A stretch of 57,535 nucleotides of DNA from Bacteroidales bacterium. Lineage in GTDB: Bacteria; Bacteroidota; Bacteroidia; Bacteroidales; UBA932. The stretch is from NCBI GenBank assembly GCA_017561765.1, contig JAFZBM010000123.1, positions 1-57,535 on the forward strand, in the 5' to 3' direction. This document shows positions 44,888-54,217 of the stretch, in pieces (within the stretch, counting starts at the first letter, position 1; every line of letters starts with the position of its first letter). The notes under the pieces were generated by a model, which ran no database searches, had not been told where the DNA came from, and saw nothing but the letters and a program-made list of their open reading frames with translations. The position numbers and the translations under genes are program-made.

Positions 44888-46471
44888 CTACGATGCTATG
44901 CGGTTAATCTCATACGCCAGTGAGGCGCACAGGGCGCAGGCGACGTGCGTCTCCACGGCGTTTCCGATGTATTTCTTCTGTTCCGTCTGTGTGCCCACCA
45001 GAACGTAGGTGTCCGGGAAGCCCATGATGCGCTTCAGCTCTTGGATTTTGAGCATACGCATACAGATGTCGCTGATACCATACAGGGCCATGAACTCCTT
45101 TATCTTGACGGTCATCGGGCTGTCGGTCTCATAGACAACGATGCAAGGCTCCCCGTCCGTGGTACTGACCAGGTACGGAGGGCGCTTGTCCATGCGGGCG
45201 ATGAGGGTGAAGCAAGGCTTGTCAATCGACGCGCCAGCGGATTCAAACTGCGGGTTCATCAGGAACTTCGCAGAAACGAGATTCAGCTTCGGGTTGGTCG
45301 TGACCGTTCCGGCCGGCCGGTCCAGAGAAGCTGACGTGCCGGTCCCGTACTGCTTATCAAGGAATTGCGCATTTACATACCCGAGCCGGTCCTTCGTGGT
45401 GACGGTTGGGGCCGGTGCCTCGATTGAGTGATTATATCCGTTCCCATAGTAGGCGGTAATAAAGGCGTGATGGTCGCGTGTGGTGATGGCTCCGGCAGGT
45501 CCGTCCACGGTGATATTCTTGTCGTAGGTGGAGCCTGAATACTGCTTCGACAGGAAGTTGACCTTGGCAAGGCCGAGGCGGTTCTGGGCGGCGACCACCG
45601 GGCAGGGAGCATCAATGCTGGGCGCATGGTACACACCCTTGCGGCTCATGGAGTTCCACTTGATAAGGAACGCATCTTTGCCACCGGCTACGAACTTCAC
45701 CAGGCCGGCATAAATGCGCTGGAGGGTCTTTTCAGACAGCGGCTTGTCGCGGAAGATGCTGTTACCGCAATCGTCGAGGTCCAGGACCTCGCGCACCGGC
45801 TTCCATGAATCCACCCCGCCAAAGAGGTCGCTGCCTGCGGTCTTGCTGTGCGTTGGCTCCGGGAACACGATGGGCAGGCCATCGCGGGCGAAGATGCCAA
45901 AGAACCGCTCACGGGAGGTGTAAGCGCCATAGTCGGCGGCATTCAGGATTCTGTGCTGGAAATCATAGCCGCGTCGGCAGACGTTTCGCACCCAGCGGAG
46001 ATACAGCCGCCCGGCATCCTTGCTCACCGGCTTGCCATTCGCATCGAGGTCGCCCCACATCATAAACTCGCGGACGTTCTCAATCTGGATATAGTCAGGC
46101 TTCAGCGTGTCGATATAGCGGAAAAGATGCTCGGCGAGGGTGCGGCTATCAGCATCGCGTGGTTGGCCACCTTTGGCCTTGCTGAAGTTCGTGCATTCCA
46201 GACTCGCCCACAGCACGAGCAGCGAGCCTGGAATCTCGGCCCTCTTGCGGGCCGTGTGCTCCACCAGCGTAGTAAGGTCCAGCGTGCGGATATCCTCGGT
46301 GTAGTGCTTCGCCTCTGGATGGTTGGCCAAATGCGAGGCAATGGCGTGCGGGTCGTGGTTGACACAGGCGATGACGTGAGCGCATTTCTGGCCGTCCAAT
46401 GTTGCAGATTCAACGCCTGTTGACGTGCCGCCTGCTCCACAGAAAAGGTCAATGTATAATAGCTTTTTCAT
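44888..46471 (-). CDS. C5 cytosine DNA methyltransferase
   Basis: Start MKKLLYIDLFCGAGG; SLECTNFS, ENV, RERFF and IGNAV motifs. Confidence 0.9.
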   Translation of the reverse strand: MKKLLYIDLFCGAGGTSTGVESATLDGQKCAHVIACVNHDPHAIASHLANHPEAKHYTEDIRTLDLTTLVEHTARKRAEIPGSLLVLWASLECTNFSKAKGGQPRDADSRTLAEHLFRYIDTLKPDYIQIENVREFMMWGDLDANGKPVSKDAGRLYLRWVRNVCRRGYDFQHRILNAADYGAYTSRERFFGIFARDGLPIVFPEPTHSKTAGSDLFGGVDSWKPVREVLDLDDCGNSIFRDKPLSEKTLQRIYAGLVKFVAGGKDAFLIKWNSMSRKGVYHAPSIDAPCPVVAAQNRLGLAKVNFLSKQYSGSTYDKNITVDGPAGAITTRDHHAFITAYYGNGYNHSIEAPAPTVTTKDRLGYVNAQFLDKQYGTGTSASLDRPAGTVTTNPKLNLVSAKFLMNPQFESAGASIDKPCFTLIARMDKRPPYLVSTTDGEPCIVVYETDSPMTVKIKEFMALYGISDICMRMLKIQELKRIMGFPDTYVLVGTQTEQKKYIGNAVETHVACALCASLAYEINRIAS

Positions 46472-46656
46472 TGATAGAGATTTCTGATTACTTCTTGAAG
46501 TTCTTCCTTGTGTGCATCCCGATATTCGAATACTTGCACCATAAACGATAAGAATTCCTCTTTGGTCAGAAATACGGTTATCTGAGCATTGTCCATGTTG
46601 AAGGAAATACCAACTCGGTTGCAAACAGCAGAAGCTATGTTTGTCAGTGTTTTCAT
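46468..46656 (-). CDS. Hypothetical protein
   Basis: 62 aa, coupled to the methyltransferase start. Confidence 0.5.
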   Translation of the reverse strand: MKTLTNIASAVCNRVGISFNMDNAQITVFLTKEEFLSFMVQVFEYRDAHKEELQEVIRNLYQ

Positions 46657-46668
46657 TCTTCCTTGTAG

Positions 46669-46881
46669 TTATCTTCGTTTTTGGATATCCGTCCACTTAT
46701 CACCGCATAATATTACTTGTTTAGGGTCGAATCCGTGCGTCCTGTACATGCAATGGCCAAGGCCGTCTGGGTGATTCAGCTTGATATGGCCACAGCCATC
46801 GCATGGGGTAATCGTGTCGTAAACCCTCCCGCCGATTTCCTTTGCACCCACTGGAAGTTTCTTTTTGATTGCCATCGTCAT
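46669..46881 (-). CDS. Hypothetical Cys-containing protein
   Basis: 70 aa, ATGA overlap. Confidence 0.5.
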   Translation of the reverse strand: MTMAIKKKLPVGAKEIGGRVYDTITPCDGCGHIKLNHPDGLGHCMYRTHGFDPKQVILCGDKWTDIQKRR

Positions 46882-47576
46882 TTCCTCCTGAAATCGCGTT
46901 CGTGATCAAGAACTATTACGTTGAAAAGCCCATTCAGGCGGCTGATGGTTCGGTCATCATACTTCTCGCTGAATTTTTCAAGGTTCGTAGTTCCTAAAGT
47001 AAGCCGGTTCTTTTCACAGCGAATGTCAACCAACCTCGCTATCAGGTTCAGGCGGTTCCCGTAAACCATCGTCTCGTCAGCTTCCGCACCGATATCTTCA
47101 ATGCAGATGCAAGGGAGGCCTGCTATCCGGCGAATGTACCGATATGGCTCATCTGATGCCAGATAGTCGTTCACTATGTCACGGGAATACAGCTGCACGG
47201 GTGCGAGGTTACACCATTCGCCCGAGCTGAAAAACCCCATTCTTCCATTCTGGATGACAGCTCGCAGGATATCCATAAGAACGGTTTTCCCGGTTCCCGG
47301 GTTTCCTTTGAGCAATATGCCTTTAGATGCATCAAGTGTTGAATCTGGCTCCTGATATAGCCATCCGATGATTTTGTCTACGGCAGGACGAACAGACTGC
47401 ATATCGTACCGCTTTCCACGCCAGGCCACCATAGCGTCACCGTAGGCCCGGAATAGAGAAACGATGGAATCATGGTCCGGCCGGTTAACAAGTTCGGGCC
47501 GGTAGAAGCCAGTGTTGCGCCTGATTTGTTCAATCTGCTTGGCAATGGTATCATTTATCTGCTTAGGCTCATTCAT
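46878..47576 (-). CDS. DnaC/IstB-like AAA ATPase (helicase loader)
   Basis: GNPGTGKT, CIEDIGAE, TTNL, DRTISRL. Confidence 0.8.
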   Translation of the reverse strand: MNEPKQINDTIAKQIEQIRRNTGFYRPELVNRPDHDSIVSLFRAYGDAMVAWRGKRYDMQSVRPAVDKIIGWLYQEPDSTLDASKGILLKGNPGTGKTVLMDILRAVIQNGRMGFFSSGEWCNLAPVQLYSRDIVNDYLASDEPYRYIRRIAGLPCICIEDIGAEADETMVYGNRLNLIARLVDIRCEKNRLTLGTTNLEKFSEKYDDRTISRLNGLFNVIVLDHERDFRRK

Positions 47577-47577
47577 T

Positions 47578-48402
47578 TCAATCTATCGTTGCTGTGTATT
47601 GTTGTTGGTTTTTGAATAGGGAATTGTCCTTGCTGGATCCTTGGCCTCGTTTGTCGCCATAGTCTCTTTCGAGCCAATTGACAGTGGACAGATATGCTGT
47701 TTTGTTCTTTCGGGCAAACGGCTTCCAATTTTCCATATTGATGATGGTTTTGGCGAGCGCCTTGCTGCCATATTTATCGCGCAGTTCGCGGAATCGTTCT
47801 GGGGTGAATTTATGCACCGGGCGGCAGGCGCTGTCGATGCCGTAGATGGTTGGAGCATATACGCTCATCCACTTCATAAATTTTTCGAATTCCGGGTCAG
47901 ATATCGTTTCTTTCTTTGCACTCCCTTTAGGGAGTGTTTCTTTCTTATTACATTCTTCTATATGTTTACTCTCCGAAGGAGAGGAAATAGGTATGCTCGC
48001 TGACGGTGTGTTGCTCGTGTGTTGCTCGTGTGTTGCTCGTGTGTTTTTGGCCGTGTTAGAAGGTGTGTTGATGTCCGTTTGCTCACCTTGGTAAATATCA
48101 TATTTGCAGATAGTTACTATTGTATATTGGTGTGTTGATTGCTGTGTTATTTCGTGTGTTGATTTTAAGCGTTCCAGACAAGTACGTGTTTGTTGGAGCG
48201 AAAGTCCTGACAACTTGGCCAATTCCCGCACGGTGGTTACGAGCTGGCCCCGTCGAATGTCGATTCCGTGCCACTGACAATCTTCCCAACTGGCACGAAT
48301 CAGGAGATTGATCCACAACCCGACCATTTCAGGGCAGTCGATCCATTCCCAATCCAGCAACTTTCGGAATAACTTGATATAACCGCTGTTCGCTATCATC
48401 AA
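47578..48402 (-). CDS. Replication initiator (lambda O-like)
   Basis: GYIKLFRKLLDWEW, RGQLVTT winged-helix region; internal iterons; precedes the loader. Confidence 0.8.
   Translation of the reverse strand: MMIANSGYIKLFRKLLDWEWIDCPEMVGLWINLLIRASWEDCQWHGIDIRRGQLVTTVRELAKLSGLSLQQTRTCLERLKSTHEITQQSTHQYTIVTICKYDIYQGEQTDINTPSNTAKNTRATHEQHTSNTPSASIPISSPSESKHIEECNKKETLPKGSAKKETISDPEFEKFMKWMSVYAPTIYGIDSACRPVHKFTPERFRELRDKYGSKALAKTIINMENWKPFARKNKTAYLSTVNWLERDYGDKRGQGSSKDNSLFKNQQQYTATID
48006..48163 (+). repeat. Iterons / probable phage origin
   Basis: GTGTGTTGCTC x3 plus a partial copy (48006-48045); GTGTGTTGAT at 48063, 48130 and 48154. Confidence 0.75.
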
Positions 48403-50933
48403 TTATCACCTTCTTCGAGAAGACTGAATAAATCGGGTGAGAGCCGGTCCGCTTCCGCCTCTTTGAGGTAGATAAGGGAATCTTTCCAGTAATCTGCATT
48501 GAGTTCGATAGAAAGGCCAAAACGGCCCATTTTTACGGCACTGTACGGAACCGTACCGATTCCACCGAACGGGTCGAAAATCACGTCAGACGGGTTGGAA
48601 TACCGCTCTATCAGCCTTTCAACGATGTCCAGCTGAAGAGGGCAGACGTGCATCTGGAGATTCTTCAGCGACTGGCGAGAATTGAGTGTCCGCATACGTA
48701 CAACATCATCCCAGATATGGTCTTTGTGGCTTGCCGGGTCAACGGCCATGAACGTTTTTGGAAGCCGTCCGAATTTCTCCATCATTTCAGCGAAGGCAAC
48801 GTGTGCCTTGTAATTGTAGATGTGCTCATCCGAAAACTTTCGGAAGTACCGACGGATGCCGCCAATATCCATTCCCCGGACATCATCGAAGGTCAGCAGC
48901 CGGTTTCCGTCACTCTTCCAGTCGGCGTGCGCGTCTATCTGCCAGCGGGCAAGGCTGTATTCGCTCTTTTCTTTCGTGACCGGTACATCGGCATAGGCGC
49001 GTGAGGTATCGGTCGGCAGCTTGCGGAACAGAAGGACATATTCAGGGCAACCGACGCCCATCTTTGAGCCGTCCTTGCACATTTCAGTATAGCCCAGGCG
49101 ATAGGTCTGGTTGTTCTCGCGCACGACATCCGTGTCGATGGTAATCCGGCCCATATAGCGGAAGCCGTGTTTCATGTAATGGAACACGCACATATCACTG
49201 AACGGGTCAACGGTCGGCATACCGTCGCCGGTGGCATTACCGAACAGGATGCGGTCCTTTACGTGGATGCAGGCCAGACGGCCGGGCCGCAGGATCCTGA
49301 GAAGATGCGGCGTAAGGAAGTCCATCTGCTTGAAGAATTCGTCATTGTCTGCATTGAAGCCGAAGTCGTTGTAGCTGGCGGTATATTCGTAGTGGTTTGA
49401 GAACGGAACCGATGTGACAATCAAGTCCACCGAATCGTCCTTCATTCCCATACATTCCAGCACATTGTCGTTGTTGATGGCCGTGAAGGTCCGGCCGGCT
49501 TCGACCTGACGCTGGGAAAACATAAACCGCATCAGTTTCTGCTTCACATCGAGGCCGAACAGGCCGTTTGTCCGAATGATGTCGGCCATTTTCCCGACCG
49601 TCTCGTTGTGTTGCTGCCATTTGCGCATAAAACTCTTGTATATTTCGCCCTTGCTTTCGGCATAGACCAGATACAGGTCAACAGGGTGCGCCTGCATAAA
49701 TCGATGGATGCGGGCAATCGCCTGGAATTTGTCGTTGAAGCGGTAGTCGATGAACATGATGGCCTTGTGGCAGTGGTACTGGAAGTTCAGGCCCTCGCCC
49801 AACATTTCAGGCTTCGCGGCAAGGTACTTGAGCCGACCTTCTTTGAAGTCCAGAACATTCTGGTCGGCCTCGTCTTCATCTTGGGACCCATAAACGGCCT
49901 TGCAGCCGGGGATGACCTTACAGATGGCCTCGCGCTCGGCTTCGAGGTCGTGCCAGATCAGGAAATGGTCGTCACGATTCTCTGGCCGGTTGATGATTTC
50001 GACCACTCGGACAATTTTCGCCGGCATGTTGTCTCGGCGTTCTTTGGCCGCTGCGTTCAGTCCAAGCGCCGAATCACGGAACATCTTTACTTGACCGTCC
50101 TTTTCGGTACCGGCCGTTGCGTGATCGACGCTGACTATTTCTTCGTGTACCCGCAGCTCGGGCAACTCGTAGCCATCATCTGAATAACCGAGGTCTGACG
50201 GTTTCGTCAGGAAGAGCGCCCAGGTCGCAACCCAAAGCCAGAATTCCGTTTCCTTGTTGGGGTATAGGGTAAGGTTATTGGCCTTGGTGCTGTCGCGCTT
50301 GAAGAATCGCGTAAGTGCTTGCCCGGTGTCCATAACGCCAAGATATCCGGCATAGTGGATGAGCTCTTTGAGGCGGTTTGGTGACGGGGTGGCCGTGGCG
50401 ACGAAGCGGTACTTTACGCCGGAAAACAACGGCAAGAACTCCTGGAAGGTCTTGGTACCGTAGCCACGCAATACCGATGCTTCATCAAGCGATGTGGCCG
50501 TGAAGAAATCTGGGTCAATCCTTACGCCCTCCTCGCCGTCACGCACGCGCTCGTAATTGGTAATCATAATGGGGCGCTCTGTGTGTTCGATGACCGAGTG
50601 TACTTCTCCCATTGTTCGAACGTAAGTCACTTCCATATCAAGCCATCTGCGAGCCTGTTCGACAAATTCGACCACTACGCGCTTCGGACATACGATTAGC
50701 CCGGCACCTCCTTCGCGCGTGAGGATGATGCGCAGTATCTCCAGCTGAGTGACGGTCTTCTGCATACCGAAGGACGAGAATATAGCCCTGCGCCCCCCCC
50801 GGACAGCCCATTTCACGGTATCTTTGACGTGCGGGAAAAGAGAAGGCGTCAGCTCGCTATCGGCGATTTCGAAGCCGCTCTGGCTGCTGATGGCCATCTT
50901 CTGCTTGAGGAAATCAATGTAAGAATCTTTCAT
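48399..50933 (-). CDS. SNF2-like helicase fused to an N4/N6 DNA methyltransferase
   Basis: GMQKT, LDEAS, TATP, GEGLN in the N-terminal half; TSVPF and FDPFGGIGT in the C-terminal half. Confidence 0.85.
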   Translation of the reverse strand: MKDSYIDFLKQKMAISSQSGFEIADSELTPSLFPHVKDTVKWAVRGGRRAIFSSFGMQKTVTQLEILRIILTREGGAGLIVCPKRVVVEFVEQARRWLDMEVTYVRTMGEVHSVIEHTERPIMITNYERVRDGEEGVRIDPDFFTATSLDEASVLRGYGTKTFQEFLPLFSGVKYRFVATATPSPNRLKELIHYAGYLGVMDTGQALTRFFKRDSTKANNLTLYPNKETEFWLWVATWALFLTKPSDLGYSDDGYELPELRVHEEIVSVDHATAGTEKDGQVKMFRDSALGLNAAAKERRDNMPAKIVRVVEIINRPENRDDHFLIWHDLEAEREAICKVIPGCKAVYGSQDEDEADQNVLDFKEGRLKYLAAKPEMLGEGLNFQYHCHKAIMFIDYRFNDKFQAIARIHRFMQAHPVDLYLVYAESKGEIYKSFMRKWQQHNETVGKMADIIRTNGLFGLDVKQKLMRFMFSQRQVEAGRTFTAINNDNVLECMGMKDDSVDLIVTSVPFSNHYEYTASYNDFGFNADNDEFFKQMDFLTPHLLRILRPGRLACIHVKDRILFGNATGDGMPTVDPFSDMCVFHYMKHGFRYMGRITIDTDVVRENNQTYRLGYTEMCKDGSKMGVGCPEYVLLFRKLPTDTSRAYADVPVTKEKSEYSLARWQIDAHADWKSDGNRLLTFDDVRGMDIGGIRRYFRKFSDEHIYNYKAHVAFAEMMEKFGRLPKTFMAVDPASHKDHIWDDVVRMRTLNSRQSLKNLQMHVCPLQLDIVERLIERYSNPSDVIFDPFGGIGTVPYSAVKMGRFGLSIELNADYWKDSLIYLKEAEADRLSPDLFSLLEEGDN

Positions 50934-50956
50934 TTGCTGTCTGTATTATACACCTT

Positions 50957-50983
50957 CCGTGCGCCTCCGAGACAGGCGCACGG
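50957..50983 (-). promoter_or_regulatory. DGR target-recognition hairpin downstream of VR2
   Basis: 27/27 identical to 14677-14703. Confidence 0.85.
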
Positions 50984-51010
50984 ATAAGGTGAAAGGTGAA
51001 AGGCGAAAAA

Positions 51011-51634
51011 CTACAATGCTGCCACAGGCCTTGCCACGCTACTGTAGTACTTGTAGTAGGTGCCCACGATGCCGGAATTGAAGACCACGTACCAAGCGTA
51101 GTTGCTGCTGCACTCCGTGCTACTCCAGTAGTAATCTTCTTGGAGCGGCACGCCACCGTTATCTTTGAGAAGAGCCTGAATCTGCGACTTGAAGTAGCGG
51201 ATGATGTACCAGTCATCGCGAGTAGGAAGCGTTTTACCCTCAGCCTCGGCCGCTTTCATCGCTTCATCCCATTTCATTTCTTTGCCATCGTTCAGATCGC
51301 GAAGAGCCAGAACCTTGTTGATAATAGGAATGCCTATACCGACGATTTCGCCAGATGCGTTCTTGGCTACCCAAGGCTTCTGTGAGGCCATAGCAGCGGC
51401 TTTCTCTTGATTCTTGCGAATGTATTCGTCGAACCAATCACGCATTGCCTTGATGTTTTCTCTGCTTTTCGTCTCGCAGCATTCTATACAGCTTCTGATT
51501 GATTCAAGCATTTCTTGTTCTTCGGAAGAGAACACTTCTTTACCGAAAAGCTCTTCCAACATTGACTTTACTTTGTCGTCGCACTTTTTGTGTAGGTCGC
51601 GCAGCTTGGAAACCTCAATTACGATTGTTTTCAT
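51011..51634 (-). CDS. Remote DGR target 2: small protein with C-terminal CLec-type domain
   Basis: MKWDEAM...LPTRDDW...YWSSTE...AW.V.F...ARPV; carries VR2; no signal peptide or TM segment. Confidence 0.9.
   Translation of the reverse strand: MKTIVIEVSKLRDLHKKCDDKVKSMLEELFGKEVFSSEEQEMLESIRSCIECCETKSRENIKAMRDWFDEYIRKNQEKAAAMASQKPWVAKNASGEIVGIGIPIINKVLALRDLNDGKEMKWDEAMKAAEAEGKTLPTRDDWYIIRYFKSQIQALLKDNGGVPLQEDYYWSSTECSSNYAWYVVFNSGIVGTYYKYYSSVARPVAAL
51017..51133 (-). repeat. DGR variable repeat VR2
   Basis: 117 nt aligned to 13940-14056; 15 mismatches, all at TR adenines. Confidence 0.95.
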
Positions 51635-51648
51635 GGTATTATTGTGGG

Positions 51649-52110
51649 TTAGAATGGTAGATCGTTCGTACCGTCATCTGGCTCTTGCTGGGCTGGTTCC
51701 GCATTCTGGTGCGCAGCGACGGCGGCAGCTGCCCGAACGACAGAACGAGCATCTTGGCCGTTACGGTCGCCCCGGGTTTGTTCTTTCTTGCCGAGTAGTT
51801 GGATTGAAGAGGCAACAATTTCTGTGGTGTATCGGTTTTGTCCGTTCTGGTCAGACCATTTGCGGGTCCGCAGGCTGCCGATAACTGCCAACTGCGCACC
51901 CTTTCGGACATAATTCTCAACCACCGAAGCGAAGGAGCCGTAGGTAATGACGCTATGCCATTCGGTTTTCTCGTGAGCCTCGCCCTGTCGGTCAATAAAG
52001 CATTCGGAAGTGGCCAGGGCGAAAGTGGCCAGCTTGCCACCTTCATAGTTCACGACCTTCGGTTCGCCGCCTACGTTTCCAAGCAGTATTACTTGATTGA
52101 TACTTGCCAT
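51649..52110 (-). CDS. ssb: Single-stranded DNA-binding protein
   Basis: SINQVILLGNVG, TEWH, C-terminal DLPF. Confidence 0.95.
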   Translation of the reverse strand: MASINQVILLGNVGGEPKVVNYEGGKLATFALATSECFIDRQGEAHEKTEWHSVITYGSFASVVENYVRKGAQLAVIGSLRTRKWSDQNGQNRYTTEIVASSIQLLGKKEQTRGDRNGQDARSVVRAAAAVAAHQNAEPAQQEPDDGTNDLPF

Positions 52111-52115
52111 AATTT

Positions 52116-52280
52116 TCAGTTGTCGATGGGTTTCTTCTTTTCGAGTGACCGGGCCAGCAACAGGGCGCGACGGCGAAGGTTGAACAGCCGCATACCGTCC
52201 TTGGAGGCGTTACCCTCTCGGTGGAACTCTGTGAGCATCACTATCAATTCGTCACGGTCCCTGTTGCTGATTGCGTACAT
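52116..52280 (-). CDS. Hypothetical 54-aa protein
   Basis: Hand-translated MYAISNRDRDELIVML... Confidence 0.5.
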   Translation of the reverse strand: MYAISNRDRDELIVMLTEFHREGNASKDGMRLFNLRRRALLLARSLEKKKPIDN

Positions 52281-52285
52281 ACCGG

Positions 52286-53230
52286 CTACCTCTTCAAAAG
52301 GAAAGTACGGTTGCCCGGGGAAGTCTTCATATAGGCTGCGACCAGTTCGGGATGTTCAGCGCAATACCGCTTGCCATCGAACGAAGTCTTGTCTTTGCCC
52401 GTTTTCCAAGTGGCAAGCGTAAGCCCCTGATATGTCAGGGCTTCTGCGTCACCCATATAGAGCTTGAGCTTGTCGGTCAATTCATCTACGGCATCGGCCG
52501 CGATTTTCTCTTGCGCCCTTGCTTCGACCAGACGGGCGGCGACATCTGAAATCTCGTCGGTCGCCTCAACGATCTTGCCTGCTATCGAGCGGGGCGAACG
52601 AATCATCACGTCATCCACATTGAGGCTGTCCGGCACTGCGTCGCCGATAATGTAATCTGTCCAGAAACGGTCACACTCTTCAAGCATGAACTCGAAGAAC
52701 TCGGAATCGAAGTCATAGTTGGCATAGCCGAAGTCGGTGCCCTGCGTGAGCCACGCAAGCGCACCTGTGTTCATTTCTGCCGTGCCGAGCTGGTACTGGA
52801 GCTGGCAGTACCACTGTTGGGGAATACTGTCTGCATCTACCGGCATTCTGGTTGTCTTGCATTCGACGATGCCCTTGTTTGCTTCGTTGTGAGGCATACC
52901 CGGGAGCCAGAAGGTGCGGTCCGGGGAAACGCGCAAGTAGTCGCGCTTGCTGTTCACCACGAGGAAGTCTTCTGCGGATCGCTTGATGATTTCGACGCCT
53001 GTTGAATCGGCATAGAAACGGGCAACAGCATCTTCAAGATAGTGCCCGGCCTTCATCGCGAAGGTCTCGACCTTGGGCGCGTCAAGCCCCTTTTTTCGCC
53101 GCCATAACTGATAAGGGGTTTCCCAGGGGTTTACCCCGAGGATGGTGCCGACCTCGGAAGAGCCGATGCCGCCCTTTCTGCCGTCGAGCCATTCGGCCCG
53201 GTCTTTATATCTGATGACTTGTACACTCAT
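52286..53230 (-). CDS. YqaJ / lambda-exonuclease-like protein
   Basis: WLDGRKGGIGSSE, SPDR, ECKT, QLQYQL. Confidence 0.9.
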   Translation of the reverse strand: MSVQVIRYKDRAEWLDGRKGGIGSSEVGTILGVNPWETPYQLWRRKKGLDAPKVETFAMKAGHYLEDAVARFYADSTGVEIIKRSAEDFLVVNSKRDYLRVSPDRTFWLPGMPHNEANKGIVECKTTRMPVDADSIPQQWYCQLQYQLGTAEMNTGALAWLTQGTDFGYANYDFDSEFFEFMLEECDRFWTDYIIGDAVPDSLNVDDVMIRSPRSIAGKIVEATDEISDVAARLVEARAQEKIAADAVDELTDKLKLYMGDAEALTYQGLTLATWKTGKDKTSFDGKRYCAEHPELVAAYMKTSPGNRTFLLKR

Positions 53231-53251
53231 TTTTCTGTCCGTTTTTGGTTT

Positions 53252-54205
53252 TTATTGCTGCTGGAATAGTTCGCCGGTCTCAGGGTCATAGCTGCCAGCT
53301 GGTGCGTTATTGTCGCCCTGCTGGGGTTGGCCTGCGGTTTGCTTCTGGGCTTTTGACCCCGCAGCGCTTGCCGCGATTCTGCCCTTTGCCTCGGCATTCT
53401 TCTTGCGTATCTGCTCGGCCTTCTTCGCCTCGTTTGCCGGTTTTTCAAAGGTCTCTTCAATGGTCGTCTGGCCGTCGCGCAGCGCGTTCCAGAGGCTGGC
53501 AAGGTTCACGACCATTTCAGCGTCGATTTCATCGACCGACGAGACATCGAGGTACTTGCAGATAGTTTCGGAATTCACCCCGGCCAGCGCGTAGGTCTTG
53601 AGCATATTAGCCCGGCGCTTTTCGAGGTTGTTCGACACTTCGCCGATGGCGGCTTTCTTGATCTTCGAGTAGAGGGTCTTGAAAATAGCCGCAGGAATTA
53701 CGGCGAGGATTGCGTTGCGCCTGGCGATGCTGGCGGCGGCGTTGCCGGTCACGACCTGCATGTCGGCACTGAAGGTGTAGCCCTTTTTCGTGGTAATGGA
53801 ACGCTTGACCTCGACCGACTGTGCGACGTTGCTTTCAAGATCGTGGCACGCGCCTTGGGCAGTTACAAATTTGCCGTCATTGCCGATGATGCGGGTGGCG
53901 ATTCGCAGGTTGCCCCAGCTGTTTGCGATGATTTCGGCAAGACGGATGGAAGGGCCTTCGATGATAGATTTCTGGCCGGTCTCTTTGTCGGTTCGCTCCA
54001 GGCGGTAGAAGCAGCTTTCTGCGGTCTCGGAATCGACAAGGGCGAAAGCCTCTGCCTTGACGAGGGCCGTTTGAATCTGCTGCTGCGATGAGTGCATCGG
54101 CCACCGTTTGGCGGTCGCTATCTGCATATCTACCTCAGCCCTGTTCAGGGCTTCGAGGCTCTCCGAAGAACTGATGATTTGGATGGTGTTGTCTTCTTCT
54201 GACAT
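53252..54205 (-). CDS. Probable single-strand annealing recombinase
   Basis: Upstream of the exonuclease; EGPSIRLAE motif; C-terminal DPETGELF. Confidence 0.55.
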   Translation of the reverse strand: MSEEDNTIQIISSSESLEALNRAEVDMQIATAKRWPMHSSQQQIQTALVKAEAFALVDSETAESCFYRLERTDKETGQKSIIEGPSIRLAEIIANSWGNLRIATRIIGNDGKFVTAQGACHDLESNVAQSVEVKRSITTKKGYTFSADMQVVTGNAAASIARRNAILAVIPAAIFKTLYSKIKKAAIGEVSNNLEKRRANMLKTYALAGVNSETICKYLDVSSVDEIDAEMVVNLASLWNALRDGQTTIEETFEKPANEAKKAEQIRKKNAEAKGRIAASAAGSKAQKQTAGQPQQGDNNAPAGSYDPETGELFQQQ

Positions 54206-54217
54206 GATGTATTATTT

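Noticed and set aside
44888-46696. 602-aa version of the methyltransferase
   Set aside because: The extension overlaps another plausible ORF; motif I begins right after the ATG at 46471
48006-48163. CRISPR array
   Set aside because: Units are 8-11 bp with no unique spacers, lie inside a coding gene, and no cas genes are present
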